The position numbers were made by a program, and so were the translations under genes. The notes beneath the pieces were generated by a model. It searched no databases. It worked only from the letters and a program-made list of their open reading frames with translations, and was not told the DNA's origin. A DNA stretch of 63,082 nucleotides, counting the filler, from Octopus bimaculoides (lineage: Eukaryota), in NCBI RefSeq assembly GCF_001194135.2. It is 7 parts of 7 records of this genome, joined end to end, with 100 filler letters (N's around TTAATTAATTAA, not from the genome) between each part and the next. Parts side by side here need not be neighbours in the genome. Positions count along the whole stretch, not along the records: positions 39,928 to 53,864 come from NC_068981.1; positions 53,965 to 56,452 come from NW_026304079.1; positions 56,553 to 63,082 come from NC_069001.1; 4 more parts are not named here. One strand, written 5' to 3'. Shown here piece after piece: positions 51,770 through 63,082 of the stretch. Numbering within the stretch: the stretch's first letter is position 1; every line of letters begins with the position of its first letter.

Positions 51770-52510
51770 GGCTATGTAGTAACAAGCTTGCTTCCCAGCT
51801 ACATAGTTTCAGGTTCAGTTTCACAGCATGACGTCTTGGGTCTTTTGTTATAGCCTCAGACTGACCAAAGCCTTGTGCATGGATTCTGTAGATGGAAACT
51901 GAAAGAAGCCCATTGTGTATATGTGTGTGTGTGTCTCGCCTCCACCTAACAATCTGTGTTGGTTTGTGTACATCCCTGTAAGTTAGTGGTTTGGCAAAAA
52001 GGAATCAATAGAATAAGTATCAGGCTTAAAAATAAGTACCAGGCCTGATTTGTTTGACTAAACTCTTCAAGGTGGTGTTCCAACATAACCATAGTCCAAC
52101 GACGGCTTGCAAAGATCTGTTGGGGCAAGCGAAAGTGAAATCGTGATGGCACCTGTGCCTAGCGTCACCTTCCTGGCACTTGTGCCAGTGGCATGTGTAA
52201 AGACATTCGAGCGAGATTGTTGCCAGTGCCGCTGAACTGGCTCCTGTGCAGGTGGCATGTAAAATACACCATTTTGAGCATGGCCGTTGCCAGTACCGCC
52301 TGACTGGCCTTCGTGCCGGTGGCACGTAAAAACACCCACTACACTCTCGGAGTGGTTGGCGTTAGGAAGGGCATCCAGCTGTAGGAACTGATATATATAT
52401 CAGATTGGAGCCTGGTGTAGCCATCTGGTTTGCCAGTCCTCAGTCAAATCGTCCAACCCATGCTAGCATGGAAAGTGGACGTTAAACGATGATGATGATG
52501 ATGATGATGG
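51770..52510 (+). mobile_element. SINE family A (51770-52110) followed by a younger RTE 3'UTR copy (52120-52510)
   Basis: SINE head ggctatgtagtaacaagcttgc; the RTE tail retains CpGs, has an internal repeat and ends in (GAT)n. Confidence 0.85.
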
Positions 52511-53029
52511 TGACCTAGCCATTGTTCAGAACAGAACTTTATAAAAGACTATGCATACTTCAGGAATCTCAAAATCTCAAATTATCCTTCATGAAATAGA
52601 AATATTTTGGTTGATTTTTTTTATACTGATCACTCACATAACTGATAGAATTCTTTGTACAAGTTGATTTACAAAGCTAGTAAACACATGTAAAACTTCT
52701 TTTCATTTTGCAGTCATTATTTTAACAATTTTTTTCTTTTATAAAATATTTTTGTGTCTTAAATTACATTTACGAAAATAGAATTGTTAAAATATGAACT
52801 CAATTTTTTCATGATTGAATATGGAATATTGGAAAACTATTATAGAAATTTAATATAGTCAGCAGATTGTTGATGTATTTGTTGTTTAGATACAAGTTGG
52901 TTCTGATTTAGTAGAGTCATGATCAAAAGCATTCTAACTATGACCATCCCAGTTGCTCCATACCTTGTGTGTGACACTGGCTAGATGAAAGTCTGCCAGT
53001 TGGATTGTACTTGTCAATCAAAGGATGTG

Positions 53030-53070
<41 letters not shown>

Positions 53071-53100
53071 ATATATATACCGTATGTGTGTGTGTATATA

Positions 53101-53520
53101 CCATAAATCCTCTAGTTTAGTCTGCCCTTGAGTATAATACGCAGGGAATTTTTAGGGGGCTGTACCTCTGAAAAACCTAAACCTTGTGTATAATACGCAC
53201 CCCTTCTCTAACTTGAGTCAAGGAGGTCTATATAACGTCCTTGGTTTGTAAACATATATGCAGTAACGTCCTTTATTATTATTGTATATAAAACATAATG
53301 CAAACGCGTAGCTTTTTTGTGCACTTTGCTGAAAATAAAGAAATAACAGTAATAAAGTCAGTGAAAAACAAATATTAAGTAAATTGCCTTTACATATTTA
53401 TAACTTAGAAAATTTTGCTTAGAAAATATTTCTCATTTTTAACCTCGTATATAGTACGCACTCAGGATTTTGAACTTTAAATTTTGGAAAAAAGTGAGGA
53501 TTATACTCGAGGATTTATGG
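53101..53520. mobile_element. pogo/Tigger-like MITE, 420 bp
   Basis: TIRs ccataaatcctctagtttagtc / gattatactcgaggatttatgg flanked by TA; no coding remnant seen. Confidence 0.8.
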
Positions 53521-53624
53521 TATATATGTGTGTATATATGTATGTGTGTATATGTATATGCATGTATATATATGTATATGTATGTATGTATATGTATATT
53601 TATGTATATGTATAAGTATTGGGC

Positions 53625-53864
53625 CTCACCAAGGCGATGACTACTGACCGAGACCTTTGGAAATGTGCTGTGCGTGAGAAGACCCGGCAAGCCAAGTAAG
53701 ATCGTTGCCAGTGCCCCTGGACTGGTTCTTGTGTGGGTGGCACATGAGATGCACCATTTTGAGCGTGGCCGTTGCCAGTACCGCCTGACTGGCTCCTGTA
53801 GGATTTTCGAGCGAGATCGTTGCCAGTGCCCCTGGACTGGCTTGTGCGGGTGGCACATAAAAGA
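53625..53864 (+). mobile_element. 5'-truncated RTE copy: ORF end + repeat-containing 3'UTR
   Basis: GLTKAMTTDRDLWKCAVREKTRQAK* followed by three gccagt[g/a]cc..gactgg units; cut by the scaffold joint. Confidence 0.8.
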
Positions 53865-53973
53865 NNNNNNNNNNNNNNNNNNNNNNNNNNNNNNNNNNNN
53901 NNNNNNNNTTAATTAATTAANNNNNNNNNNNNNNNNNNNNNNNNNNNNNNNNNNNNNNNNNNNNAGAGAGAGA

Positions 53974-54011
<38 letters not shown>

Positions 54012-54410
54012 TGGCTGCACAAGATTTTCGTTGGTTTAGATTTACAATTGAGTAGAGTGAAACAATTGTCAAATACGGTCAGTACAAACGCAGTAATAAG
54101 GAATTTAAGGACAGAAGACCTAAACTTTGGAAAATACTAATAATGTAGGAAAATATACACGGAGTGAATAGTGTTGTAAAATTTGTTAACATTCATAAAT
54201 AAGATGAAACAATAAATGGAGGACGTATGTACGTATGAACTTGCGGTGGGTTTGTTTCTATATAGGTTTATTTATGTACAAATTGAAAAGGGTTAAAGGT
54301 TTTAAGGAATTTATGGAGTTTTATGAGTCCACAGAAAAGATACAGTTTCTTGAATAAATTTATCACAAGTTCAACAATTGTATGACAAAAAACAAACCGA
54401 AAAATGAAAT

Positions 54411-54454
<44 letters not shown>

Positions 54455-54457
54455 ACA

Positions 54458-54498
<41 letters not shown>

Positions 54499-56167
54499 AC
54501 ACCTACCCAAACACATGTATACATAATATATGCAACTACATATATTTGTATATGCATGTGTACGTCTGTATATATATGTATGTGTACGTATGTACATGTA
54601 CGTATGTGTGTATGCATATATACAGGTGTATATAACGCACCGCATATACATATAGATATAGGCATGTACGTACGTACGTATCTATGTATGCATGTATATA
54701 TGTATGTACGTACGTACATATGTATGTACGTCTGTACGCATGCATACACGTGTCTGTGAACGAGTTTGAAATTTTTATTTCCACATTATATTTTTNNNNN
54801 NNNNNNNNNNNNNNNNNNNNNNNNNNNNNNNNNNNNNNNNNNNNNNNNNNNNNNNNNNNNNNNNNNNNNNNNNNNNNNNNNNNNNNNNNNNNNNNNNNNN
54901 NNNNNNNNNNNNNNNNNNNNNNNNNNNNNNNNNNNNNNNNNNNNNNNNNNNNNNNNNNNNNNNNNNNNNNNNNNNNNNNNNNNNNNNNNNNNNNNNNNNN
55001 NNNNNNNNNNNNNNNNNNNNNNNNNNNNNNNNNNNNNNNNNNNNNNNNNNNNNNNNNNNNNNNNNNNNNNNNNNNNNNNNNNNNNNNNNNNNNNNNNNNN
55101 NNNNNNNNNNNNNNNNNNNNNNNNNNNNNNNNNNNNNNNNNNNNNNNNNNNNNNNNNNNNNNNNNNNNNNNNNNNNNNNNNNNNNNNNNNNNNNNNNNNN
55201 NNNNNNNNNNNNNNNNNNTGGCGGTGGTGGTGGTGAAGAACAAGGACGAGAAGAAGAAGAAGAAGAAAAATGAGGAGGAAGAGGAGGAAGAGGAGGAAGA
55301 GGAGGGGGAGGAGAACAAGAAGAAGAAGAAGAAGGGTTAGTGTGATAATTTGCTAAGAATTAATGTGAAAGCAACGAAACCAGCAACTCGATTAAAATCA
55401 TAATCATCATCATTGAGAACAATTTCTTGGTAGTTGTAATATTTGAAGAAAGATTTTCTGAAGTTAAAAATTTTCAGTATAAAAACATTTTTTCGTATAA
55501 AATAAACTGAAAAAAAGAAGGTGAAAACAAGAAATTTAGGCACCCATGACATAACATTTATACTGCGTGCGTTTGAAAAACCGGAAGCAATGAAAGTATC
55601 CACAAATTCATTTTCTTCCATCGGGTCTTTGTTTATTTACTTTTTGCAAATAGTTTCTTTATATAATTAATAATATTTAATTTAACAAAATCTTTTAATA
55701 CACACACACACACACACGCACACACTTTCTCCCTCTCACTCTGAATCTATCTCTCTCTTTCACACATACATTCGTAAATATAGATTACTGTAGGTATAGA
55801 TACACACACACGCACACACATGCTCATATTTGTTATTTATTGATTAATTTTCCTGTTGTTCTCTCGACTATCTTCACCTAATTAAGACCTCGGTGATTTT
55901 TGATATGACGCTAAATACATCGGGGTCCACCCATTATGTCATTAGTGAACCCTTTATACATTTCCATCATCTTTCTAATGTCTCCTTACCTACAATCGTT
56001 ATCATTTTCAATTTCGTTTGTAGCAAACCTCATCCTTATCCCCGTCATCATTACCATCATCGTCGTCGTCGTCGTCATCGTCGTCGTCGTCGTCGTCATC
56101 TTCTCCGTCATCATCATCTTTATCCTTTGTATTGTTTTTCATTTCATTCTTCAATATTTTCTCTGAG

Positions 56168-56200
<33 letters not shown>

Positions 56201-56409
56201 GAGCAGCACATGCCAAGAAATTGACTCTGGGGTATAAATATACGAAGTCCAGTATACCCATCATGACGACCCGCCTGATAAGAGTACACTAGGCACAAAC
56301 ATCACAACCAGATGTCGACTTTGCCTTTAATATTCTCGGAGTCGATAAATTAAGTACCAGTGAAGCACTAGGGTCGATGTACAAATTTCAGCCCTTCGAA
56401 GCTTTAGTT

Positions 56410-56452
<43 letters not shown>

Positions 56453-56552
56453 NNNNNNNNNNNNNNNNNNNNNNNNNNNNNNNNNNNNNNNNNNNNTTAA
56501 TTAATTAANNNNNNNNNNNNNNNNNNNNNNNNNNNNNNNNNNNNNNNNNNNN

Positions 56553-57421
56553 AATGTTTAATAAAAAATAACTTATTTACTTAAGTTTTAATATTAGCTT
56601 CTCCCAAATAGTCGCCTTGCGCAGCAATACAACGGTCCCAGTGTTCCTGCAACTTTTAGATCCGGCCTGGAAGTCGTTTTCCACAAGTGAGAGGAGGACA
56701 TTTATTATGAGTCGAGATTACGGTGTTAAAACGGCGACTTTTGAGCTGCATTTTCATCTTGGGGAAGAGATGGAAGTCCACAGATACTAAATCTGTCGAA
56801 AAGGTCGCGTGCGATACCATGTTATTTTTGGTGAGGAACTCACGAGTAAGGAAAGCTCGGTGACAGGATGCATTATCTTCGTGTAGAACCTAATTCTTCG
56901 CGCTTCACAGATCAGGTCGCTTTCGCAGAATGTCCTCCCTCAAAAGTTCCAAAACGTTGTTGATTGTCTGTTAGTGATCCTCATGCACAAGATGATGAAT
57001 TTTCGTCCCCATTTTCGAGGGTGACGCTCGTGGCTGATTTTCCATATCTCTGGTCATCTTCCTGGGACATTCTTCCGCTTTTGAAGCTTCCGTCCACTCA
57101 AAACATTTTTACGGCCCATTGCCCTCTCATCGTAAGCTTGCTGAAGCATGCTCAGTGTCTCTGGAGCAGACTTTCCAAGTTTCACGCAAAATTTCAGCTT
57201 GGCTCTATATTCCAGCTTTCCATCTATGCCAAAAATTGCAGACTACAGCATATACGTGATCACATAAACACAAATTTCACAACTTGCGAAATAAACACAG
57301 TGATGGCACTTGATGCACTGCCTCATGAAGGTGACTGCTAGCTCTCACTCAACACGCAACCTCGTACTGCCATCTGTTGGCACGCTACGGAACTAGTCCG
57401 GGATTTTTTGATAACGCCTCA
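56553..57421 (-). mobile_element. mariner deletion derivative, copy 2 (same family as 29465-30334)
   Basis: Shared TIR-proximal and 3' sequence (acttatttac.taag); DGKLEYRAKLKFCVKLGKSAPETLSMLQQAY..KMQLKSRRF. Confidence 0.85.
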
Positions 57422-57489
57422 TATCTGAGGGTGCAACACCGAAGTAATGGAAGCTGGTGATCCTGCAAGAAGAAAACAGAAAATAAAAT

Positions 57490-57520
<31 letters not shown>

Positions 57521-58416
57521 ATTATATAATTCATCCAAGAAAATCCACAATCACATATAGAAAAATTTAATAAGTAAATACATTAAAAAGACCTCTAATA
57601 AAAATCCAAAAAGTATAAAGTAATAAATATTAAAATATTAAAAATGACTACGCGTGTTTCATTACCGTATTTTCAAATAGGAAATAAAAAAATCAAATAA
57701 AAAATCAAATCGATCGAAAATCAATTCTATTCAAAAATATTGCTAATCGCCAGGTCAAAATACAATAATAATAATAAAATTGATGTATATATATCGACTA
57801 AATATAATTATCAAATGAATTTATATCAAAATATTTATTTTACAAATAAATGAAAGAAAAACATTTAACAATATTACTGAAAATAAATGCAATACCTATC
57901 TTATCCAAGCTTTAAGTTAAACTAATATTTAAACGTTATACTTTTTACTTAGCGTTTATTAGAATTAAGTCGCGAGAAAACATGGCGTAAATAAAAGTAA
58001 TAGAATAGAGAGATATATAAATATGTATTTAAGTTTTTTTTATAAAAGCAAAATGTATTTTGGCTGTAATCATAATAAACAATTTACTGTTTTATAAACA
58101 TTTACTGAAAAATTTTAAGTTTGAAATAATTTTAAAGTCTAATAAATTAAAACTAAAATACGTATATTAGATAATATACATGAAAAAAAAGCTAAAATAC
58201 TATAAATTAATAGATTTACATTAAATAAATTAATTAAAATATTTAAATTATTTATTTTATAAAAACTCATAATAACATTTAATTATTGATATATAATATT
58301 CATTAAAAATATTATCGTACTAATTAATACACAATTTACAAGTACAAATTATTGCTACTACAATTAGTAAACATAAAATAGCGTTTATATATGCATATAT
58401 ATATACATATACATAT

Positions 58417-58483
<67 letters not shown>

Positions 58484-58692
58484 CATNNNNNNNNNNNNNN
58501 NNNNNNNNNNNNNNNNNNNNNNNNNNNNNNNNNNNNNNNNNNNNNNNNNNNNNNNNNNNNNNNNNNNNNNNNNNNNNNNNNNNNNNNNNNNNNNNNNNNN
58601 NNNNNNNNNNNNNNNNNNNNNNNNNNNNNNNNNNNNNNNNNNNNNNNNNNNNNNNNNNNNNNNNNNNNNNNNNNNNNNNNNNNNNNNNNNNN

Positions 58693-58725
<33 letters not shown>

Positions 58726-58829
58726 CACACACATATAAACATATATATATACACAATTAGCTAAACTTATATAAATAATTTAATTTATGTTTACATTTAA
58801 TTTTACGTTTATCAAGGAAGTTAATAAAA

Positions 58830-59212
58830 GTATTAGTATTATTATTTAATAATATCTCCTTAAATTCATTAGTACATAACAAACAAAAATTACTACCCTT
58901 ACGATAAGAATTCGCCTTACACACTATCTCTGTACTTAATATTTTTAGATTCTAGTTCCCAATATATCTACTAAGGCCAGTAGAATTAATCAAATGTCTA
59001 TTCTGAAAGGAATTCATGTGTTGAGCCACACGTAATTTAATTTTATTAGAAGTTGATCCTATGTAAATCTTATTTAAAATTATAACCATTAGATTTATTC
59101 CCATCAATTAAAGTCACTATACATTTATATACCACATCCTTCAAATAACATTTATTGTTAAATTTACATTTGGTCTTATCACTACATGTACAATTAATTA
59201 TATCCTGGTCAC

Positions 59213-59279
<67 letters not shown>

Positions 59280-59505
59280 AGAATAAGTATTTAATTTATA
59301 TTTGTAACACTTATTTAACTTAAATCTATTAAAATAAGAAATAACGTTACCAACATTATTAGTAGTAGAATAACCAACGTTTAAAATTTTAGTTTAAAGT
59401 AAAGGATGGATAAGTATTTCATCTATTTTCAGTCATATTGTTAAAAGTTTTTCTTTTATTTATTGGTAAAATAAGTATTTTTATATAAATTCATTTGATA
59501 ATTAT
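58830..59505 (-). mobile_element. Penelope-like GIY-YIG fragment, copy 3, with in-frame poly-Asn
   Basis: LNVGYSTTNNVGNVISYFN..N21..CTCSDKTKCKFNNKCYLKDVVYKC, then after a frameshift KIYIGSTS..RVAQH..NSTGLSRYI..FCLLCTNE. Confidence 0.8.
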
Positions 59506-59529
59506 TGTCAGTCGATATATATACATTGA

Positions 59530-59589
<60 letters not shown>

Positions 59590-59590
<1 letters not shown>

Positions 59591-60035
59591 GTTGTATTGT
59601 GACCTGACGATTAAGAAGGCCATTCTTGCTCATGAAAGACAAACTAAAACACACTTTGAAGCGATGCAATATTTCTTTTTTTCTTCCAGGGAAAACAAAG
59701 CATCAGAACACAGGACCTCACGCCAGCCCTGCTTCTCCTCATTTCATAGATTTGAGCAAAGTTGACTCCAGCATCGGGACCAACTTTGTGCAAGCATGAA
59801 GGCACGCTGGCAAAACACTCCCCCTCTGAATGGAAATCTTACCTGTCATTATGGATTTGTAGCACAAAGCAAAGCAGACCTTGCCGTCCATTCAAGAAAA
59901 CACATAGTGAATGATTCACTAGCACTGAAGTAAACTGAGTCCTCAAATTGTTCCATTTGTCAAAATGTTTGCAAGGCAACAGCAGACTTCAGAAAACACA
60001 TTACTGTCCATAGAACACGATTAAAGCTTTATTTT
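59590..60035 (+). mobile_element. RTE-type LINE 3' end with two C2H2 zinc fingers, decayed
   Basis: KDKLKHTLKRCNI..ENKA..RFEQS*LQHR..C(H)YGFVAQSKADLAVHSRKH..CSICQNVCKATADFRKHITVH. Confidence 0.7.
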
Positions 60036-60594
60036 ACCGTTCACAACAAGAGGATCAGTGATACACACACGCGCACACACACATGCACACACACACACAC
60101 ACACAAACACATCCTCATATATATATACACACACACATATACACACACATATATATATACACACACATTACATGCGTACACTTGCAATTGTATTTCAAAT
60201 AATAAAACAGAAGAAAAGGTATTTGAGCCTATGAACATGGTGGGTACAAACCCACTGTTTAGTGACTTAGGCAGTGTGCTCTTCCGTAAAAAATTATAAT
60301 TAAACTGCGAGTATCATCGTGTCAAAATCAGGCTCTTTAAATTGTTGTAAGTATGGTTCCACAAAAATGGCACCGAGAAATGCTCATATATGTCTCAAAT
60401 TTTACTTACGAAACAGAAATGCACACGAAGTTAAGCTAATATATTTCCGTATTGCAGACTTTGTTATAGTACAATAATAAATACGTATATAATTCCATAG
60501 TTTTATATACAATTACATAGAGTTTCTCTATTAAATAATTGTGTATCATTTTACAAACACCTGTGTTGTTAAATATAAAATTATCATGCGCATG

Positions 60595-60629
<35 letters not shown>

Positions 60630-61467
60630 ACAAAGAAATACACAAGTACCGCACACACACATGCACACGCACACATTCACACACACACATGCACACATAT
60701 GCATACACACACACAAACACACACAAATATATTTACATATGACAATACGGATATGTGTATGCAAACCCACATATAGTTATATATATATATGTGTGTGTGT
60801 GTATATTTATATACATGTACATATATATGGGTGTATATATGTGCATATATATATATTTATAGATATATATATATATATATGTATCATTACATACATATAT
60901 AAACACATATATTCATGTATATAAACGTATATACGTATATGTAAATATACCTATATGCAAATGTTTATGTACACATGCGCGCACACTCACACACACACTC
61001 ACACTTATATGCGTGTACTGCTATGTGTGTGTGTATATATATTTATATATATTGGTATGCATATGTATATGCGTGTTTGTGTGTGTATGTATATATAGAT
61101 GGACAAACACAAAACACACATATACGACGGAGACAGGCATCATCATGGTAATCAGTTTATGTACGTTGGGAATGCGATTGTTTGGTAACCTGCCAATTTG
61201 TGTGAGATGAGATAAATTAACCAGTGGTGTGCACTCGGTTTTCTCTGACAGCTGGACTTGTCTTCTTGCATACTAAGTGGAATACCTATTAAGTCGAACA
61301 AATGTGTAGAAAAGTGTGAAGTTTGTAGGCACCGCTTCAACACATTTAAGAATTCATTTACCTCAGATGCCTGATGTATTATGAATATAATAAGTCTAAT
61401 TCATATGTGTGGCCCAACGTTTCGTAGTACCACTATTCATATGTATTCATATATGAATATATATATA

Positions 61468-61504
<37 letters not shown>

Positions 61505-62197
61505 NNNNNNNNNNNNNNNNNNNNNNNNNNNNNNNNNNNNNNNNNNNNNNNNNNNNNNNNNNNNNNNNNNNNNNNNNNNNNNNNNNNNNNNNNNNNNNNN
61601 NNNNNNNNNNNNNNNNNNNNNNNNNNNNNNNNNNNNNNNNNNNNNNNNNNNNNNNNNNNNNNNNNNNNNNNNNNNNNNNNNNNNNNNNNNNNNNNNNNNN
61701 NNNNNNNNNNNNNNNNNNNNNNNNNNNNNNNNNNNNNNNNNNNNNNNNNNNNNNNNNNNNNNNNNNNNNNNNNNNNNNNNNNNNNNNNNNNNNNNNNNNN
61801 NNNNNNNNNNNNNNNNNNNNNNNNNNNNNNNNNNNNNNNNNNNNNNNNNNNNNNNNNNNNNNNNNNNNNNNNNNNNNNNNNNNNNNNNNNNNNNNNNNNN
61901 NNNNNNNNNNNNNNNNNNNNNNNNNNNNNNNNNNNNNNNNNNNNNNNNNNNNNNNNNNNNNNNNNNNNNNNNNNNNNNNNNNNNNNNNNNNNNNNNNNNN
62001 NNNNNNNNNNNNNNNNNNNNNNNNNNNNNNNNNNNNNNNNNNNNNNNNNNNNNNNNNNNNNNNNNNNNNNNNNNNNNNNNNTATGTATGTATGTATGTAA
62101 GTAGGTAGGTAGGTAGGTAGGTAGATAGATAAATAGATAAGTAGGTATATACAAATATATTTACATATATCGTTGTCGTTATTATTATTATATTGCT

Positions 62198-62590
62198 AAA
62201 GGTAGCGAGCTGGCAGAAACGTTAGCACACCAGGCGAAATGCTTAGCGGTATTTCGTCTGCCACTGCATTCTGAGTTCAAATTTCGCCGAGGTCGACTTT
62301 GCCTTTCATCCTTTCGGGGTCGATAAATTAAGTACCAGTTACGCACTGGGGTCGATATAATCGACTTAATTCGTGTGTCTGTTCTTGTTTGTCCCCTCTG
62401 TGTGTAGCCCCTTGTGGGCAGTAAAGAAATAGGTATTTCGCCCGTCATTACGTTCTGAGATCGAATTCCACCGATGTCGACTTTCATCCTTTCGGGGTGG
62501 ATTAAATAAGTACCGGTTACGGACTGGGGACGATGTAATCGACTTAATCCCCTGCCCCATGCTGCTCTTGTGGAAAAATTTGAAATAATA
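62198..62590 (+). mobile_element. Family-D SINE composite (head + body 1 + body 2)
   Basis: ggtattt|cg junction occurs twice (~62249 and ~62432); CpG-rich, so either young or unmethylated. Confidence 0.85.
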
Positions 62591-62775
62591 ATAATAATTA
62601 TAACCATTATTATTTTGCTTTGGCTCAGGTTCAGTCTTAATCCTAGTAGGAAATATGTAGAAAGCAGGTGACTACCTGTAACCTTAGATATCCACAAACT
62701 TTCACCAGTCTTTCAAGTGCTTAGAACCATCCTGATAATACTAAGAGACACACATTTTATTATTATTATTATTCT

Positions 62776-62998
62776 TCAGTAGTTTTATTTTTATAACGTG
62801 CTTTCACTTCACTACCGAGCGCAGCTCTGTGCGCCTTGGGTATGTGCTGTGGTTTGCTGTGGTGCTCTTATGGTTACTGTATTGAAAGTGTTTTGCGTAG
62901 GATGTGTGCTATGCCCGGTAGTGCAATTTTCTGTATGTTATATATATTTGTAAGTCCTGGTATTTTTGTTATGTATTTGTCTGAATATTTTTTATTAT
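62776..62998 (-). mobile_element. R4/Dong-like non-LTR retrotransposon 3' end inside (TAA)n
   Basis: KYSDKYITKIPGLTNIYNIQKIALPGIAHILRKTLSIQ* resembles the QK..LLGTA.ILR C-terminus of RLE-type R4/Dong elements; (TAA)n on both sides. Confidence 0.75.
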
Positions 62999-63008
62999 AC
63001 TATTATTA

Positions 63009-63082
<74 letters not shown>

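Noticed and set aside
55220-55340. Poly-Glu/Lys ORF
   Set aside because: (GAA/GAG)n microsatellite next to a gap.
18900-56508. Six exact TTAATTAATTAA copies as a regulatory or CRISPR-like repeat
   Set aside because: Always centred in a 100-bp N block; synthetic linker.
906-62154. Dozens of long ORFs rich in IY, CV, HT, LS or X
   Set aside because: Translations of (TA)n, (CA)n, (TATC)n repeats and N gaps; no coding signal.

Overview
AT-rich, gap-riddled eukaryotic DNA. The SINE/LINE repertoire and microsatellite load point to an octopod cephalopod (Octopus; inference). No host protein-coding gene can be called with confidence, and most listed ORFs are microsatellite or N-gap artefacts. Six identical 100-bp spacers (44 N + TTAATTAATTAA + 44 N) show the window is seven separately assembled pieces joined by a scaffolder. 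Real content is decayed mobile DNA: three Penelope GIY-YIG fragments, several RTE LINE lineages (one ending in tandem C2H2 fingers), an R4/Dong-type LINE end in (TAA)n, a full-length broken Tc1, a maT/DD37D fragment, two mariner deletion derivatives, hAT, pogo-like and Merlin-like elements, two tail-to-tail Helitron relics and at least four tRNA-derived SINE families. Main second-look items: a CpG-depleted domain (~40.3-53 kb) suggesting a methylated gene body, a head-to-tail SINE chain in (ATT)n, in-frame poly-Asn in a Penelope linker, two near-perfect palindromes, and a weak selenoprotein-like exon candidate at ~8.6-9.1 kb.
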